The position numbers and the translations under genes were made by a program. The notes under the pieces are model-generated. The model saw only the letters and a program-made list of their open reading frames with translations. It was not told the DNA's origin and made no database searches. Positions 12,268 to 23,301 of a stretch of DNA of 64,000 nt are shown here, piece after piece (the first letter of the stretch is position 1; each line of letters opens with the position of its first letter). The stretch is taken from positions 181,848,001 through 181,912,000 of the forward strand of contig NC_086097.1 of NCBI RefSeq assembly GCF_963921235.1, read 5' to 3'. Origin of the DNA: Mobula hypostoma. Lineage: Eukaryota.

Positions 12268-13065
12268 TCGAGAAATCGATGTTCATGCCATCAGGTTGGA
12301 GGTTATCCAGACGGAGTATAAGGTGTTGCTCCTTCAACCCGAGTGTAGCCACTTGGCGGCAGTAGAGTACTGACACGTCATAATGGGAAGTAGAATTGAA
12401 ATGAGTAGCCACTGAGAGATCCCACTTTTTCTGGCATATTGAGCATAGGTGCTCGGTGGTGTCTCCCAATCTATGGTGGGTATCACTGACATACAGGAGG
12501 CCATACTAGGAGCACAGGATACAGTAAGTAACCCCAACAGACTCAGAGGTGAAGTGTCACCTCACCTGGAAGGATTGTTTGGGGCCCTGAATGGTAGTGA
12601 GGGAGGAAGTGTAGGGACAGGTATGGCACTTGTTCTGTTTGCAATGATATTACCAGGAGAGAGATCGGTGGGGAGGGATGAATGGACAAGGGAGTCACTT
12701 TCCTGCAGAAAGTGGGGTGGGGCGGGGCGGGTGGAAGGAGAGATGTGCTTGGTGGTGGGATCCCACTGGAGGTGGTGGAAGTTGCAGAGAATTGTGTGCT
12801 GGATGTGGGAGTTAATGGGGTGGTTGGTGAGGACAGGAGGAACTCTATCCCTGATGTGGTCACAGGAGGATGGGTTGAGGGCAGAAGTATGTGAAATGGT
12901 AGAATTGCAGGTGAGGGCAGCGTTTGATTGTGGAGGAAGGGAAGAAGGAGGATATCTCATTAGTTCTGGAATGAAAAGCCTCATCCTGACAGCCGATGTG
13001 TCAGAGACGGAGGAACTAAGAGAAGGGGATGGCATTTTTACAGGTAACAGTGTGGAAAGAGGTGT
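12268..13065 (-). mobile_element. Penelope-like element (right half): RT thumb, linker and GIY-YIG, degenerate
   Basis: RDRVPPVLTNHP...HLQWDPTTKHI and LGLKEQHLILRLDNLQPDGMNIDF, matching 55240-55813. Confidence 0.85.
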
Positions 13066-14233
13066 GATGCTTCCTTGTTGATATTGAGTGTGCTCAGATT
13101 GTGGGATGTCTTCCATGGAGGGTTGTGCTCTTCCATTGGTTAACATTTTTCCTTCAGTGATTCATTTTTCTGTGTTGTGCTTTCATTTATGTTTAGTGGT
13201 GTGTACCACTTATCAGAATTGCATATGGTTGCATGGATTGATTTATCTGACTGTTATGTGAAGTTTTTATGTCTGGTTTTTCTCTTCCTCCTTCTGTCTA
13301 AGGTTGTGTTAATCTAAACAAGTTTGCTTAATATTGTTTTCCAAAATTTGTTGTTTTAGTTCTTATTTGTCTTTGTAAATTTTCCAGATTGGTTTTGGAT
13401 GAAGAAATTATGCCAAAAGAACATGTTAATATAGTATATGGTATATAATAGTTTTTTTTCAGCTCAAGCTGGTACAACCTGAGGTTCGGGTGCAGCCAAG
13501 CACGCTCATTTGTCAGTTGCTAGGAACTTTCAGACTATTCTAGTGGTGTTGAGTATTGTGGCTTTATGGAGATTTACGTTGATGTTACTGTGTAGCCCTA
13601 ATTGTTTAATGTTATTGTGTAGTGTATTTGGGATGACACCAGTTGTGGATTAATATCGGGATGATATATACCAATGTATACCTTGTTCATATTCCAAAGT
13701 CTTTCAATTTCCTGTTTTGATTCAGCATCTTTCTGGCGTTTTTCACTTATTGATTTCTGTAAGTTATGTGTGTTTGGAATGCCATTATCTATTAAGTAAC
13801 TTCTTGCTTGCTTATCCTGCATTATTATATCTGATCGGTTATTACAGATTGCCTTGTCTGTAATAACTGATCAGTCATAATATAATTTGTGGTATTCTGA
13901 TTCTAAAACTGGATCCGGCTTGTATTTATAGTAGGGTATGATTTCATTTATGAGTTTGTATTTTAAAGCAAGTTTTTGATGAATGATGTTTGCCACTTGA
14001 TGATGCCGGTGTAAGTAATCAGTTTGTGTTTAAACTGCTACAGGATCCTGTAATGTGTTGGATTGTTTCTGGTTTTTCTTGGCATTTTCATTTATCATCT
14101 TGAAATTGCTGGTCTTTTATTATCTATTTTTGATAATCTTTTGTGTTAACCACCTGGTCCTGTATTGCCACAAGGAACCTTTCTGTTTCTGGGAAGAGGT
14201 CTCCAACTCTGAGCCAGGCGTTTGAAGTTTCCT
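13065..14233 (-). mobile_element. R4/Dong/Rex6-clade (restriction-like endonuclease) non-LTR retrotransposon fragment
   Basis: Manual minus-strand translation: NAWLRVGDLFPETEGFLVAIQDQV, KCQEKPETIQHITGSC (CCHC knuckle remnant), YLHRHHQVANIIH, NNRSDIIMQDK..YLID..IP (PD-(D/E)xK region), ILNTTRIV*KFL, A-run at about 13452-13459. Also ILTCSFGII..KTNLENLQRQIRT..EGGR..LHGRHP. Confidence 0.8.
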
Positions 14234-14270
14234 AATATTATTATAATTACAAGTATTTTTTCTTTCTTTA

Positions 14271-15305
14271 AGACCACAATTTGTGCGGATTGGTGATAAC
14301 ATATCCTCCTCGCTGATGATCAACACTGGGGCACCTCGGGTGCGTGCTTAGCCCACTGCTCTGCTCTCTATATATACACATGACTGTGCGACTAGGCATA
14401 GCTCAAATACCATCTATAAATTTGCTGATGATACAACCATTGTTGGTAGAATCTCAGGTGGTGACGAGAGGGCGTACAAGAGTGAGATATGACAACTAGT
14501 GGAGTGGTGTCGCAGCAACAACCTGGCACTCAATGTCAGTAAGATGAAAGAGCTGTTTGTGGACTTCAGGAAGGGTAAGATGAAGGAACACATAACAAAT
14601 ATTCATAGAGGGATCAGAACTGGAGAGAGAGAACAGCTTCAAGTTCCTGGGTGACAAGATCTCTGAGCATCTAACCTGGTCCCAACATATCAATGTAGTT
14701 ATAAAGAAGGCAAGACAGCAGCTACACTTTATTAGGAGTTTGAAGAGATTTGGCATGTCAACAAATACACTCAAAAACTTCTGTGATGTGCTGTGGAGAG
14801 CATTCTGACAGGCTGCATCACTGCCTGGTAATGGGGGGGAGGGGCTACTGCACAGGACTGAAAGAAGCTGCAGAAGGTTGTAAGTCTAGTTAGCTCGATT
14901 TTGGGTACTAGCCTACAAAGTATCCAGATCATATTTGGAGAGCGGTGTCACAGAAAGGCAGCGTCCATTATTAAGGACCTCCAGCACCCAGGGCATGCCC
15001 TTTTCTCACTGTTACCATCAGGTCGGAGGTACAGAAGCCTGAAGGCACACACTCAGCAATTCAGGAACAGCTTCTTCCCCTCTGCCATCCAATTCCTAGA
15101 TGGACATTGAATCTTTGGACACTACCTCACTTTTTTTAATATACAGTATTTCTGTTTTTGCATGTTTTTTAAAATCTATTCAATATGTGTAATTGATTTA
15201 CTTTATTATTATTTTTTCTGTGCTAGTTTATGTATTGCATTGAACTGATGCTACTAAGTAAACAAATTTCATGTCACATGCCAGTGATAATAAACCTAAT
15301 TCTGA
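14271..15305 (+). mobile_element. Rex1/Babar LINE 3' part with tail
   Basis: aaatttgctgatgatacaaccattgttgg (KFADDTTIVG), HPGHALFSLLPSGRRYRSL and FRNSFFPSAI; 3' UTR ending gataataaacctaattctga. Confidence 0.85.
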
Positions 15306-16499
15306 ATTTTTGTACCCTGATTGTCTGCCCTGTTGGTGCTGTCTTTCATTGATTCTATTATGCTTATTGCATTTGTTTGAGCATGCCTGCAAGAAAATGA
15401 ATCTCACTGTTGTATATGCTGACATTAATATATTTTGATAATACACTTACTTTGAACTCTGTTATATTTCAGTGTACAACCACTTCTGAATGCAAACTAC
15501 ATAAATAAAAAAAATCATGAGTTCTGAATTACTACTGACTTTTAAAAAATTTTAATTCTCAATTTTACTTATTGATTTAAAACATTGTTAGCTTTGGAAA
15601 AGCTTCTTTTAGCATGTTGAGAATTTAAAAAATCTCTATCTTGTATATATTTAAATTGATTTTATCTTGAAACTGGGTGTAAGAAAATGTGTCCTTTTGG
15701 ATAACAATTCTGGCACTGGGCATGGACTAAACCTGCGTTTGTGCATGCAGAATGAAACTGTGGGAAATAGTGACATCCTTGAATGTACTGATTACTGCCG
15801 AATCAGACCACTCTTGATCTTCAAAAAGTGTAACAGAAGCTGTTTTTTGGTTGTGCTGTCAGGTACATTTATTCACCCCCCCTGCTGACTGTCATATGTT
15901 TGGATTTTACCAACACCATTTAGCACCATATCACTTGTACAAGATGGTGATTTCTTTTGCAAATCATAGGAAGATCAGTTGGACCTTGCTTGCATGCACT
16001 ACGGTGCAGACAGTATTCAGACTCCAGCTGATGATTCACGTGACATTCACTCCCCAAATATCAGGCAAAAATTATCTCCAACAAGATGGTCTATTAACAT
16101 CTATTGATATTACTATCAGCAAGACCCCAGCATTAATTGGCTGTTATATTGTTGTTAATTGGAGGAATGAGACTCAGGATTGGATGGCCTTCTGTGTTGT
16201 AAGAAAACATGAGTCTTGAGGTATATAGTTTCACATGGAAAAGCTGGGTTGTTTGTAGAACAGAGATGGTGGAGAAGTGGTCTGACAGGTGTTTAAAATT
16301 ACAAAGCCTCTATCAGAATAGAGACAGTGTGGGGTGTTGGTCTTGGAGTTGCTGTGGGGGTTGTGGTATGTTGGCGGTGCTAAAGGCAGGTTCAACACTT
16401 GAAAGGATGAGGGGGAAGAAATGTACATGATAGCCGGAATGCAGCTGAACCAAAGTTTTCTACAGCTGCAACAATGTTGGGATTTTGACTTCATGTTCC

Positions 16500-17123
16500 C
16501 GACCAAAGATCTAGACAAGGGGATCAGGTGTAATGAATCCAGGTTTGCTTATGATAAATAGCTGAACTGTAGTGGGAGTTGTGAGGACGATGCAGCAAAG
16601 CTTCAAGGCATTTATTTAAACTGAATGATTAGCTTAGGCTATGGCAAATGTAATATAACATGTAGCAATTGTGCCATTATTTTTATAGAATGGAAAGAGG
16701 AATACTTTCTGAAATGGTGGAAGACTAAAGGAGATTGGTCATTTGGGGCATGTGAAGGCAGTGAGGATGCATGTGGCAAAGTTGTAGACAAGGGAAATGT
16801 TATGTTGGCCTTAATTGCAAGAGGATGAGTGCAAGATTGATCAGTTCTTGGTGTCGTTGTTGCTGGAAGTTTAAGCTGGGTCTGACCTCACTACCTGGGT
16901 AGTATATATGTGTAAAGGAGGAAGTGCACTAAGGTTCAATAGTTTGGCTCTTGACATAGGGGAAATTGATTTGTTTGAAGAGAGATTAAATAGACTGGAC
17001 TGTACTTGCAAGTTGAGAATATTTAATTATCTAGTTAAAATACACAAAATCCAAAGGGCTTTTGCAGGATAGTTGTAATTGTGGTTTTCTTTTGATGTGG
17101 GCAAAGTTATTGAATTTATTAGA
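16500..17123 (+). mobile_element. Very old CR1 RT remnant interrupted by the young CR1; resumes about 20497-20650
   Basis: Degenerate CR1 C-terminal sequence. gcaaagttattgaatttattaga...|attacccaaacttgtagtgaagct resembles QRVVNLWNSLP..VVEA, followed by a ggccatgatctt tail motif. Confidence 0.6.
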
Positions 17124-20100
17124 AATCTCGGGATTACTGCCTGTGCCATGCAACAGTGAGAGTAGGAATGCGATGAGGTGGAGGAAAATGCGTGGCTGAG
17201 GGATTGGAGCAGGGGGCAGGGATTCAAGTTTTTGGATCATTGGGACCTCTTTTGGCGCAGGCGTGACCTGTACAAAAAGGACGGGTTACACTTGAATCCT
17301 CGAGGGACCAATATCCTGGCAGGGAGATTAGCGAGGGCTACTGAGGTGACTTTAAACTAATAATGGTTGGGGGGTGGGAATCAAATTAAAGAGGCTAGGC
17401 GTGAGGAGGTTAGTTCACAACAGGGGGATGGGAACCAGTGAAGAGAGACAGAGGGGTGTAAAGTGAGGGTAGAAGCAAAAAGTACTAAGGAGAAAAATAA
17501 AAGTGGCAGGCTGACAAATCCAGGGCAAGCATTAAAAAGGGCCACTTTTCAACATAATTGTATAAGAGCTAAGAGAGTTGTAAAAGAGCGCCTGAAGGCT
17601 TTGTGTGTCAATGCAAGGAGCATTCGTAATAAGGTGGATGAATTGAAAGTGCAGATTGTTATTAATGATTATGATATAGTTGGGATCACAGAGACATGGC
17701 TCCAGGGTGACCAAGGATGGGAGCTCAACGTTCAGGGATATTCAATATTCAGGAGGGATAGACATGAAGGAAGGGGAGGTGGGGTGGCGTTGCTGGTTAA
17801 AGAAGAGATTAACGCAATAGAAAGGAAGGACATAAGCCGGGAAGATGTGGAATCGATATGGGTAGAGCTGCGTAACACTAAGGGGCAGAAGACGCTGGTG
17901 GGAGTTGTGTACAGGCCACCTAACAGTAGTAGTGAGGTCGGAGATGGTATTAAACAGGAAATTAGAAATGTGTGCAATAAAGGAACAGCAGTTATACTGG
18001 GTGACTTCAATCTACATGTAGACTGGGTGAACCAAATTGGTAAAGGTGCTGAGGAAGAGGATTTCTTGGAATGTATGCGGGATGGTTTTTTGAACCAACA
18101 TGTCGAGGAACCAACTAGAGAGCAGGCTATTCTGGACTGGGTTTTGAGCAATGAGGAAGGGTTAATTAGCAATCTTGTCGTGAGAGGCCCCTTGGGTAAG
18201 AGTGACCATAATATGGTGGAATTCTTCATTAAGATGGAGAGTGACATAGTTAATTCAGAAACAAAGGTTCTGAACTTAAAGAGGGGTAACTTTGAAGGTA
18301 TGAGACGTGAATTAGCTAAGATAGACTGGCAAATGACACTTAAAGGATTGACGGTGGATATGCAATGGCAAGCATTTAAAGGTTGCATGGATGAACTACA
18401 ACAATTGTTCATCCCAGTTTGGCAAAAGAATAAATCAAGGAAGGTAGTGCACCCGTGGCTGACAAGAGAAATCAGGGATAGTATCAATTCCAAAGAAGAA
18501 GCATACAAATTAGCCAGAGAAAGTGGCTCACCTGAGGACTGGGAGAAATTCAGAGTTCAGCAGAGGAGGACAAAGGGCTTAATTAGGAAGGGGAAAAAAG
18601 ATTATGAGAGAAAACTGGCGGGGAACGTAAAAACTGACTGTAAAAGCTTTTATAGATATGTAAAAAGGAAAAGACTGGTAAAGACAAATGTAAGTCCCCT
18701 ACAGACAGAAACAGGTGAATTGATTATGGGGAGCAAGGACATGGCAGACCAATTGAATAATTACTTTGGTTCTGTCTTCACTAAGGAGGACATAAATAAT
18801 CTTCCAGAAATAGTAGGGGACAGAGGGTCCAGTGAGATGGAGGAACTGAGCGAAATACATGTTAGTAGGGAAGTGGTGTTAGGTAAATTGAAGGGATTGA
18901 AGGCAGATAAATCCCCAGGGCCAGATGGTCTGCATCCTAGAGTGCTTAAGGAAGTAGCCCAAGAAATAGTGGATGCATTAGTGATAATTTTTCAAAACTC
19001 ATTAGATTCTGGACTAGTTCCTGAGGATTGGAGGGTGGCTAATATAACCCCATTTTTTAAAAAAGGAGGGAGAGAGAAACCGGTGAATTATAGACCGGTT
19101 AGCCTAACGTCGGTGGTGGGGAAACTGCTGGAGTCAGTTATCAAAGATGTGATAACAGCACATTTGGAAAGCAGTGAAATCATCGGACAAAGTCAGCATG
19201 GATTTGTGAAAGGAAAATCATGTCTGACGAATCTCATAGAATTTTTTGAGGATGTAACTAGTAGAGTGGATAGGGGAGAACCAGTGGATGTGGTATATTT
19301 GGATTTTCAAAAGGCTTTTGACAAGGTCCCACACAGGAGATTAGTGTGCAAACTTAAAGCACACGGTATTGGGGGTAAGGTATTGATGTGGATGGAGAAT
19401 TGGTTAGCAGACAGGAAGCAAAGAGTGGGAATAAACGGGACCTTTTCAGAATGGCAGGCGGTGACTAGTGGGGTATCGCAAGGCTCAGTGCTGGGACCCC
19501 AGTTGTTTACAATATATATTAATGACTTGGATGAGGGAATTAAATGCAGCATCTCCAAGTTTGCGGATGACACGAAGCTGGGTGGCAGTGTTAGCTGTGA
19601 GGAGGATGCTAAGAGGATGCAGAGTGACTTGGATAGGTTGGGTGAGTGGGCAGATTCATGGCAGATGCAATTTAATGTGGATAAATGTGAAGTTATCCAC
19701 TTTGGTGGCAAAAATAGGAAAACAGATTCTTATCTGAATGGTGGCCGATTAGGAAAAGGGGAGGTGCAACGAGACCTGGGTGTCATTATACACCAGTCAT
19801 TGAAAGTGGGCATGCAGGTACAGCAGGCGGTGAAAAAGGCGTATGGTATGCTGGCATTTATAGCGAGAGGATTCGAGTACAGGAGCAGGGAGGTACTACT
19901 GCAGTTGTACAAGGCCTTGGTGAGACCACACCTGGAGTATTGTGTGCAGTTTTGGTCCCCTAATCTGAGGAAAGACATCCTTGCCATAGAGGGAGTACAA
20001 AGAAGATTCACCAGATTGATTCCTGGGATGGCAGGACTTTCATATGAAGAAAGACTGGATGAACTGGGCTTGTACTCGTTGGAATTTAGAAGATTGAGGG

Positions 20101-20496
20101 GGGATCTGATTGAAACGTATAAAATCCTAAAGGGATTGGACAGGCTAGATGCAGGAAGATTGTTCCCGATGTTGGGCAAGTCCAGAACAAGGGGTCACAG
20201 TTTGAGGATAAAGGGAAAGCCTTTTAGGACCGAGATTAGGAAAAATTTCTTCACACAGAGAGTGGTGAATCTGTGGAATTCTCTGCCAGAGGAAACAGTT
20301 GAGGCCAGTTCATTGACTATATTTAAGAGGGAGTTAGATATGGCCCTTGTGGCTACGGGGATCAGGGGGTATGGAGGGAAGGCTGGGGTGGTGTTCTGAG
20401 TTGGACGATCAGCCATGATCATAATAAATGGCGGTGCAGGCTCGAAGGGCCGAATGGCCTACTCCTGCACCTATTTTCTACATTTCTATGTTTCTA
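17124..20496 (+). mobile_element. Young 5'-truncated CR1 LINE (ORF1 end, complete ORF2, 3' tail)
   Basis: SGLLPVP...DGLHLNPRG...TLN* ORF1 end; ORF2; tail gatcagccatgatc...ttttctacatttctatgtttcta. Confidence 0.95.
17463..20399 (+). CDS. CR1 ORF2p, APE endonuclease + reverse transcriptase, 978 open codons (start codon unresolved)
   Basis: [66 protein letters not shown]. The track start is GTG, and the first ATG lies inside the APE domain (ECMRDG). Confidence 0.93.
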   Translation: MRVEAKSTKEKNKSGRLTNPGQALKRATFQHNCIRAKRVVKERLKALCVNARSIRNKVDELKVQIVINDYDIVGITETWLQGDQGWELNVQGYSIFRRDRHEGRGGGVALLVKEEINAIERKDISREDVESIWVELRNTKGQKTLVGVVYRPPNSSSEVGDGIKQEIRNVCNKGTAVILGDFNLHVDWVNQIGKGAEEEDFLECMRDGFLNQHVEEPTREQAILDWVLSNEEGLISNLVVRGPLGKSDHNMVEFFIKMESDIVNSETKVLNLKRGNFEGMRRELAKIDWQMTLKGLTVDMQWQAFKGCMDELQQLFIPVWQKNKSRKVVHPWLTREIRDSINSKEEAYKLARESGSPEDWEKFRVQQRRTKGLIRKGKKDYERKLAGNVKTDCKSFYRYVKRKRLVKTNVSPLQTETGELIMGSKDMADQLNNYFGSVFTKEDINNLPEIVGDRGSSEMEELSEIHVSREVVLGKLKGLKADKSPGPDGLHPRVLKEVAQEIVDALVIIFQNSLDSGLVPEDWRVANITPFFKKGGREKPVNYRPVSLTSVVGKLLESVIKDVITAHLESSEIIGQSQHGFVKGKSCLTNLIEFFEDVTSRVDRGEPVDVVYLDFQKAFDKVPHRRLVCKLKAHGIGGKVLMWMENWLADRKQRVGINGTFSEWQAVTSGVSQGSVLGPQLFTIYINDLDEGIKCSISKFADDTKLGGSVSCEEDAKRMQSDLDRLGEWADSWQMQFNVDKCEVIHFGGKNRKTDSYLNGGRLGKGEVQRDLGVIIHQSLKVGMQVQQAVKKAYGMLAFIARGFEYRSREVLLQLYKALVRPHLEYCVQFWSPNLRKDILAIEGVQRRFTRLIPGMAGLSYEERLDELGLYSLEFRRLRGDLIETYKILKGLDRLDAGRLFPMLGKSRTRGHSLRIKGKPFRTEIRKNFFTQRVVNLWNSLPEETVEASSLTIFKRELDMALVATGIRGYGGKAGVVF

Positions 20497-21279
20497 ATTA
20501 CCCAAACTTGTAGTGAAGCTTTGGAATTTTGTTCCTGAGCTTAATTGCTTTATTGATACGATATTGATAAAATGGGGTGAGTGTTGGAGAGTGATGGTGA
20601 GGAAAAAGATTGGCCATGATCTTAATCAAAGGGAGTGCAGATATGAGAACAAAAAGTAGCTAGTTTCTGAGTCCACATCTATTTATAGAAAAAACACAAA
20701 GTTGCAGGGCTCTGGGGAGACAGCAGGATCTATTTCTCTTAGATTTGGTGTAAACTTAACTGGCCATATGGCATCCTCCTTGCTGTACCTTTGTGATTGT
20801 CTGAAGATTTGGGTTCAGCAAAATACCACGTTTGTAGAAGCATAATTATTACTGAGGATTTAATAGCACAGAGAAACCTGAGGCTTCCAGGGTAAAATAA
20901 GAAAATTTAGAAGGTGGGAGAGTGCATTAATTTGTGGCAGGATTGGAGGGGAGTTGAGGAATGTTTTAATTTAGCAGTCAGGTAGAGGTCTGGATGGCCA
21001 GGCTCGAGGGGGTGGTTAAGGTAGAAATCCTCAACATGTGTAAAATGTACACAAATTGTCATTTCTGTGGCCATAGACAGAGAACTAGGATTAACCTAAG
21101 TCAATTCCATGGACAAAATGTACCAGAGAGCTTTTGTCCTCATTTTGATGATCTGTGTTTTCAAACTAAGATAATGCCTGCTGTTAGGGCACTGGGAATA
21201 GTATCAAAGAATGGAAAAATAAATTTGAAATCTGAAGTTAGTCACTGTATTGGAATCACAAGGAAAAGAATTCCTTGAA

Positions 21280-21845
21280 TACACACTAAGTTCTGGTAGA
21301 ATTAAGCAGGTCAGGCATCATCTATGCAGAGGAATAAACAGTTGTTGCTTTGGACCAAGACCCTTTGTCAGGACTGGAAAAGAAGGAGGTAGAAGCCAGA
21401 ATAAAAAGGGTTGAAGGAGGGGAAAGAGAACAGGTTGGTGGGTGATGGGTAAGTCAAGTGAGATGGGGAAGATGGGGGCAACGACAAAGGGAATAATTTT
21501 AAAAGTTGGGAGCTGATAAATGGAAGAGGCAAAGAGACGAAGAAGAATAAATCTGATAGGAGAGGGGAGGACAGTGGAGCATGAAGGAAGGGGGAGGAGG
21601 AGAGGAACTGGAGGGAGGAAGGTGCAGGTCATGAGCATGGGATAGGGGAAAGAAAAGGGGTAGCTGGACCACAGGAAAAAGGGAAGACAAAAGGGTGGGG
21701 GGAGTGTGAAATAGATGGGAATGGTTATTGCAAGATAGAGAAATAGATGTTGATGCCATCAGGCTGGAGAATGCCAAGGCAGAATATGAGGTGTTGCTAC
21801 TCCAATGTGTGACTGGCTTCAATGTGGCAGTCGAGGAGACCACAT
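21280..21845 (-). mobile_element. Penelope-like element 3' fragment (old)
   Basis: Terminal repeat with a degenerate hammerhead (about 21339-21376) plus the end of the GIY-YIG region (gatgccatcaggctggag...ggtgttgctactccaa). Confidence 0.75.
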
Positions 21846-21974
21846 CTGTAGAGTTCCTATCGCAGTTTTGATTTGCTTTGCTTCAGCCATGATTTTGAAT
21901 GGCAAAGCAGTCATGGGAAGTCAGCGTTTCAGTTTATGCTGTGACTCCTGAAGCAGATTTTCAAATTTAAATTT

Positions 21975-23055
21975 GAGTCATAGAGTAATACGGACAGGCC
22001 CTTGGTCCAACTTGTCCTTGCTGAATGTAACATCCTCTCTGCTTGTCCCATAACCCTTCAAGCCCCTGTACTCCATGTTTCTATTCAAATACATGTGAAA
22101 TTGTACCTTCCTCAGCCACTTTTCAAGGCACTCACCACCCACGGTGTGAAGAAGTTACCTCTCAGGTTTCTTTTAAATCTCTCCCTTCTTATCTAGTATC
22201 TGTGCTTTCTATTTCTGGATTCCCCAAACCTGGGGAAAAGATTATGATCATCTACTTTATCCATATCCCTCATCATTTTAAATTTTTATGAGGTTGTCCC
22301 TTATTCTCCTGCACTACAGAGAATAAAGATCCAGCATGGCCAACCTCTTCCAATAACTCAGACCTTCTAGCCCAGGCAGCATACTTGAAATTTCTTCTGT
22401 ATTCTCTCCAGCTTGACAGTTTCTTCCCTATAACAGGGTGAACAAATATTCCAAATACAGTCTTGCCAACTACTTGTATAACTGCAGTATACTGCTAAAC
22501 TCGATGTCCTTACTGATGAAAGCCAGTGTGCTAAACACCTTTTTCACAGGTCTATCCACTTGCCCCTTTCACTGAACTGTGCACTTGTACTCCCAGATCC
22601 CTCTGTTTCACAACACTTCTTAAAGTAATTTGCAAAGAGGGGTGCAACCAATCATAGAATATAGTGCAACTGTACCAATTTCTATGTACAAATATCCCGT
22701 GAAAAACAAATACTTCCTTATTAAATTAATCTATACTACCATAAATCATAGCAGCAGAATTAGACCATTCGGCCCATCGAGTCTGCTTCACCATTCAATT
22801 ATGGTGAATTTATTTTCCCTCTCACCCCTCTTCTCCTAAAGAAATACTTTCTCAATGTCATATTCTGAGGCTTTGGCCTCTGGTCCTAGACGTTCCCATT
22901 ATTGGAATTATCCTCTGCACATTTACTACCTAGGCTTTTTAATACTTGAGATCCTCCTCCTTATTCTTCTAAACTCTGGTGAGTATAGGCACAGAGCCAC
23001 CAAACACTCCTCATAAACTCCTTCATTCTTGAAATCATTCTCGTGAACTTCCACT
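21975..23055 (-). mobile_element. Two old CR1 3' fragments (about 21975-22620 and 22740-23055)
   Basis: Reverse-complement similarity to the CR1 C-terminus and to both tail types (gtgaagaagttacctctcagg; agcagaattagaccattcggccc). Confidence 0.65.
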
Positions 23056-23101
23056 TAAGTCCTTTGAATCCTGTCGTTTTAGTTGGGATTAAAACTCTGC
23101 A

Positions 23102-23301
23102 GCAACACAAAATGCTGGAGGAGCTCAGCAGTTCAGGCAGCATCAATGGAGAGGAATTTGCAGATGACACTTCTGACCAAGATCCTTCATCAGGTCTGAA
23201 ACATCGACTATTCATTCCTCTCCACAGCTGCCTGACATGCTGTGTTTCTCCAGCATTTTGCGTTTGTTGCTGTGGATTTTCAGCATTTGCGAATCTTTTA
23301 T
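23102..23301. mobile_element. 200-bp fold-back mini-element made of two inverted PLE terminal-repeat pieces
   Basis: Arms gcaacacaaaatgctggag...cagc and gctgcctgacatgctgtgtttctccagcattttgcgtttgttgc; perfect 14-bp flanking duplication attaaaactctgca (23088-23101, 23302-23315). Confidence 0.85.

Noticed and set aside
12449..13146. 210-aa and 194-aa ORFs in the PLE
   Set aside because: They are alternative or antisense frames of a frameshifted PLE remnant, partly running into the adjacent R4 fragment.
17732..18508. Long antisense ORFs over CR1 (also 11518..11949, 11535..12113, 19307..19711, 19730..20179)
   Set aside because: These are shadow frames opposite real coding sequence, with no recognisable domains.
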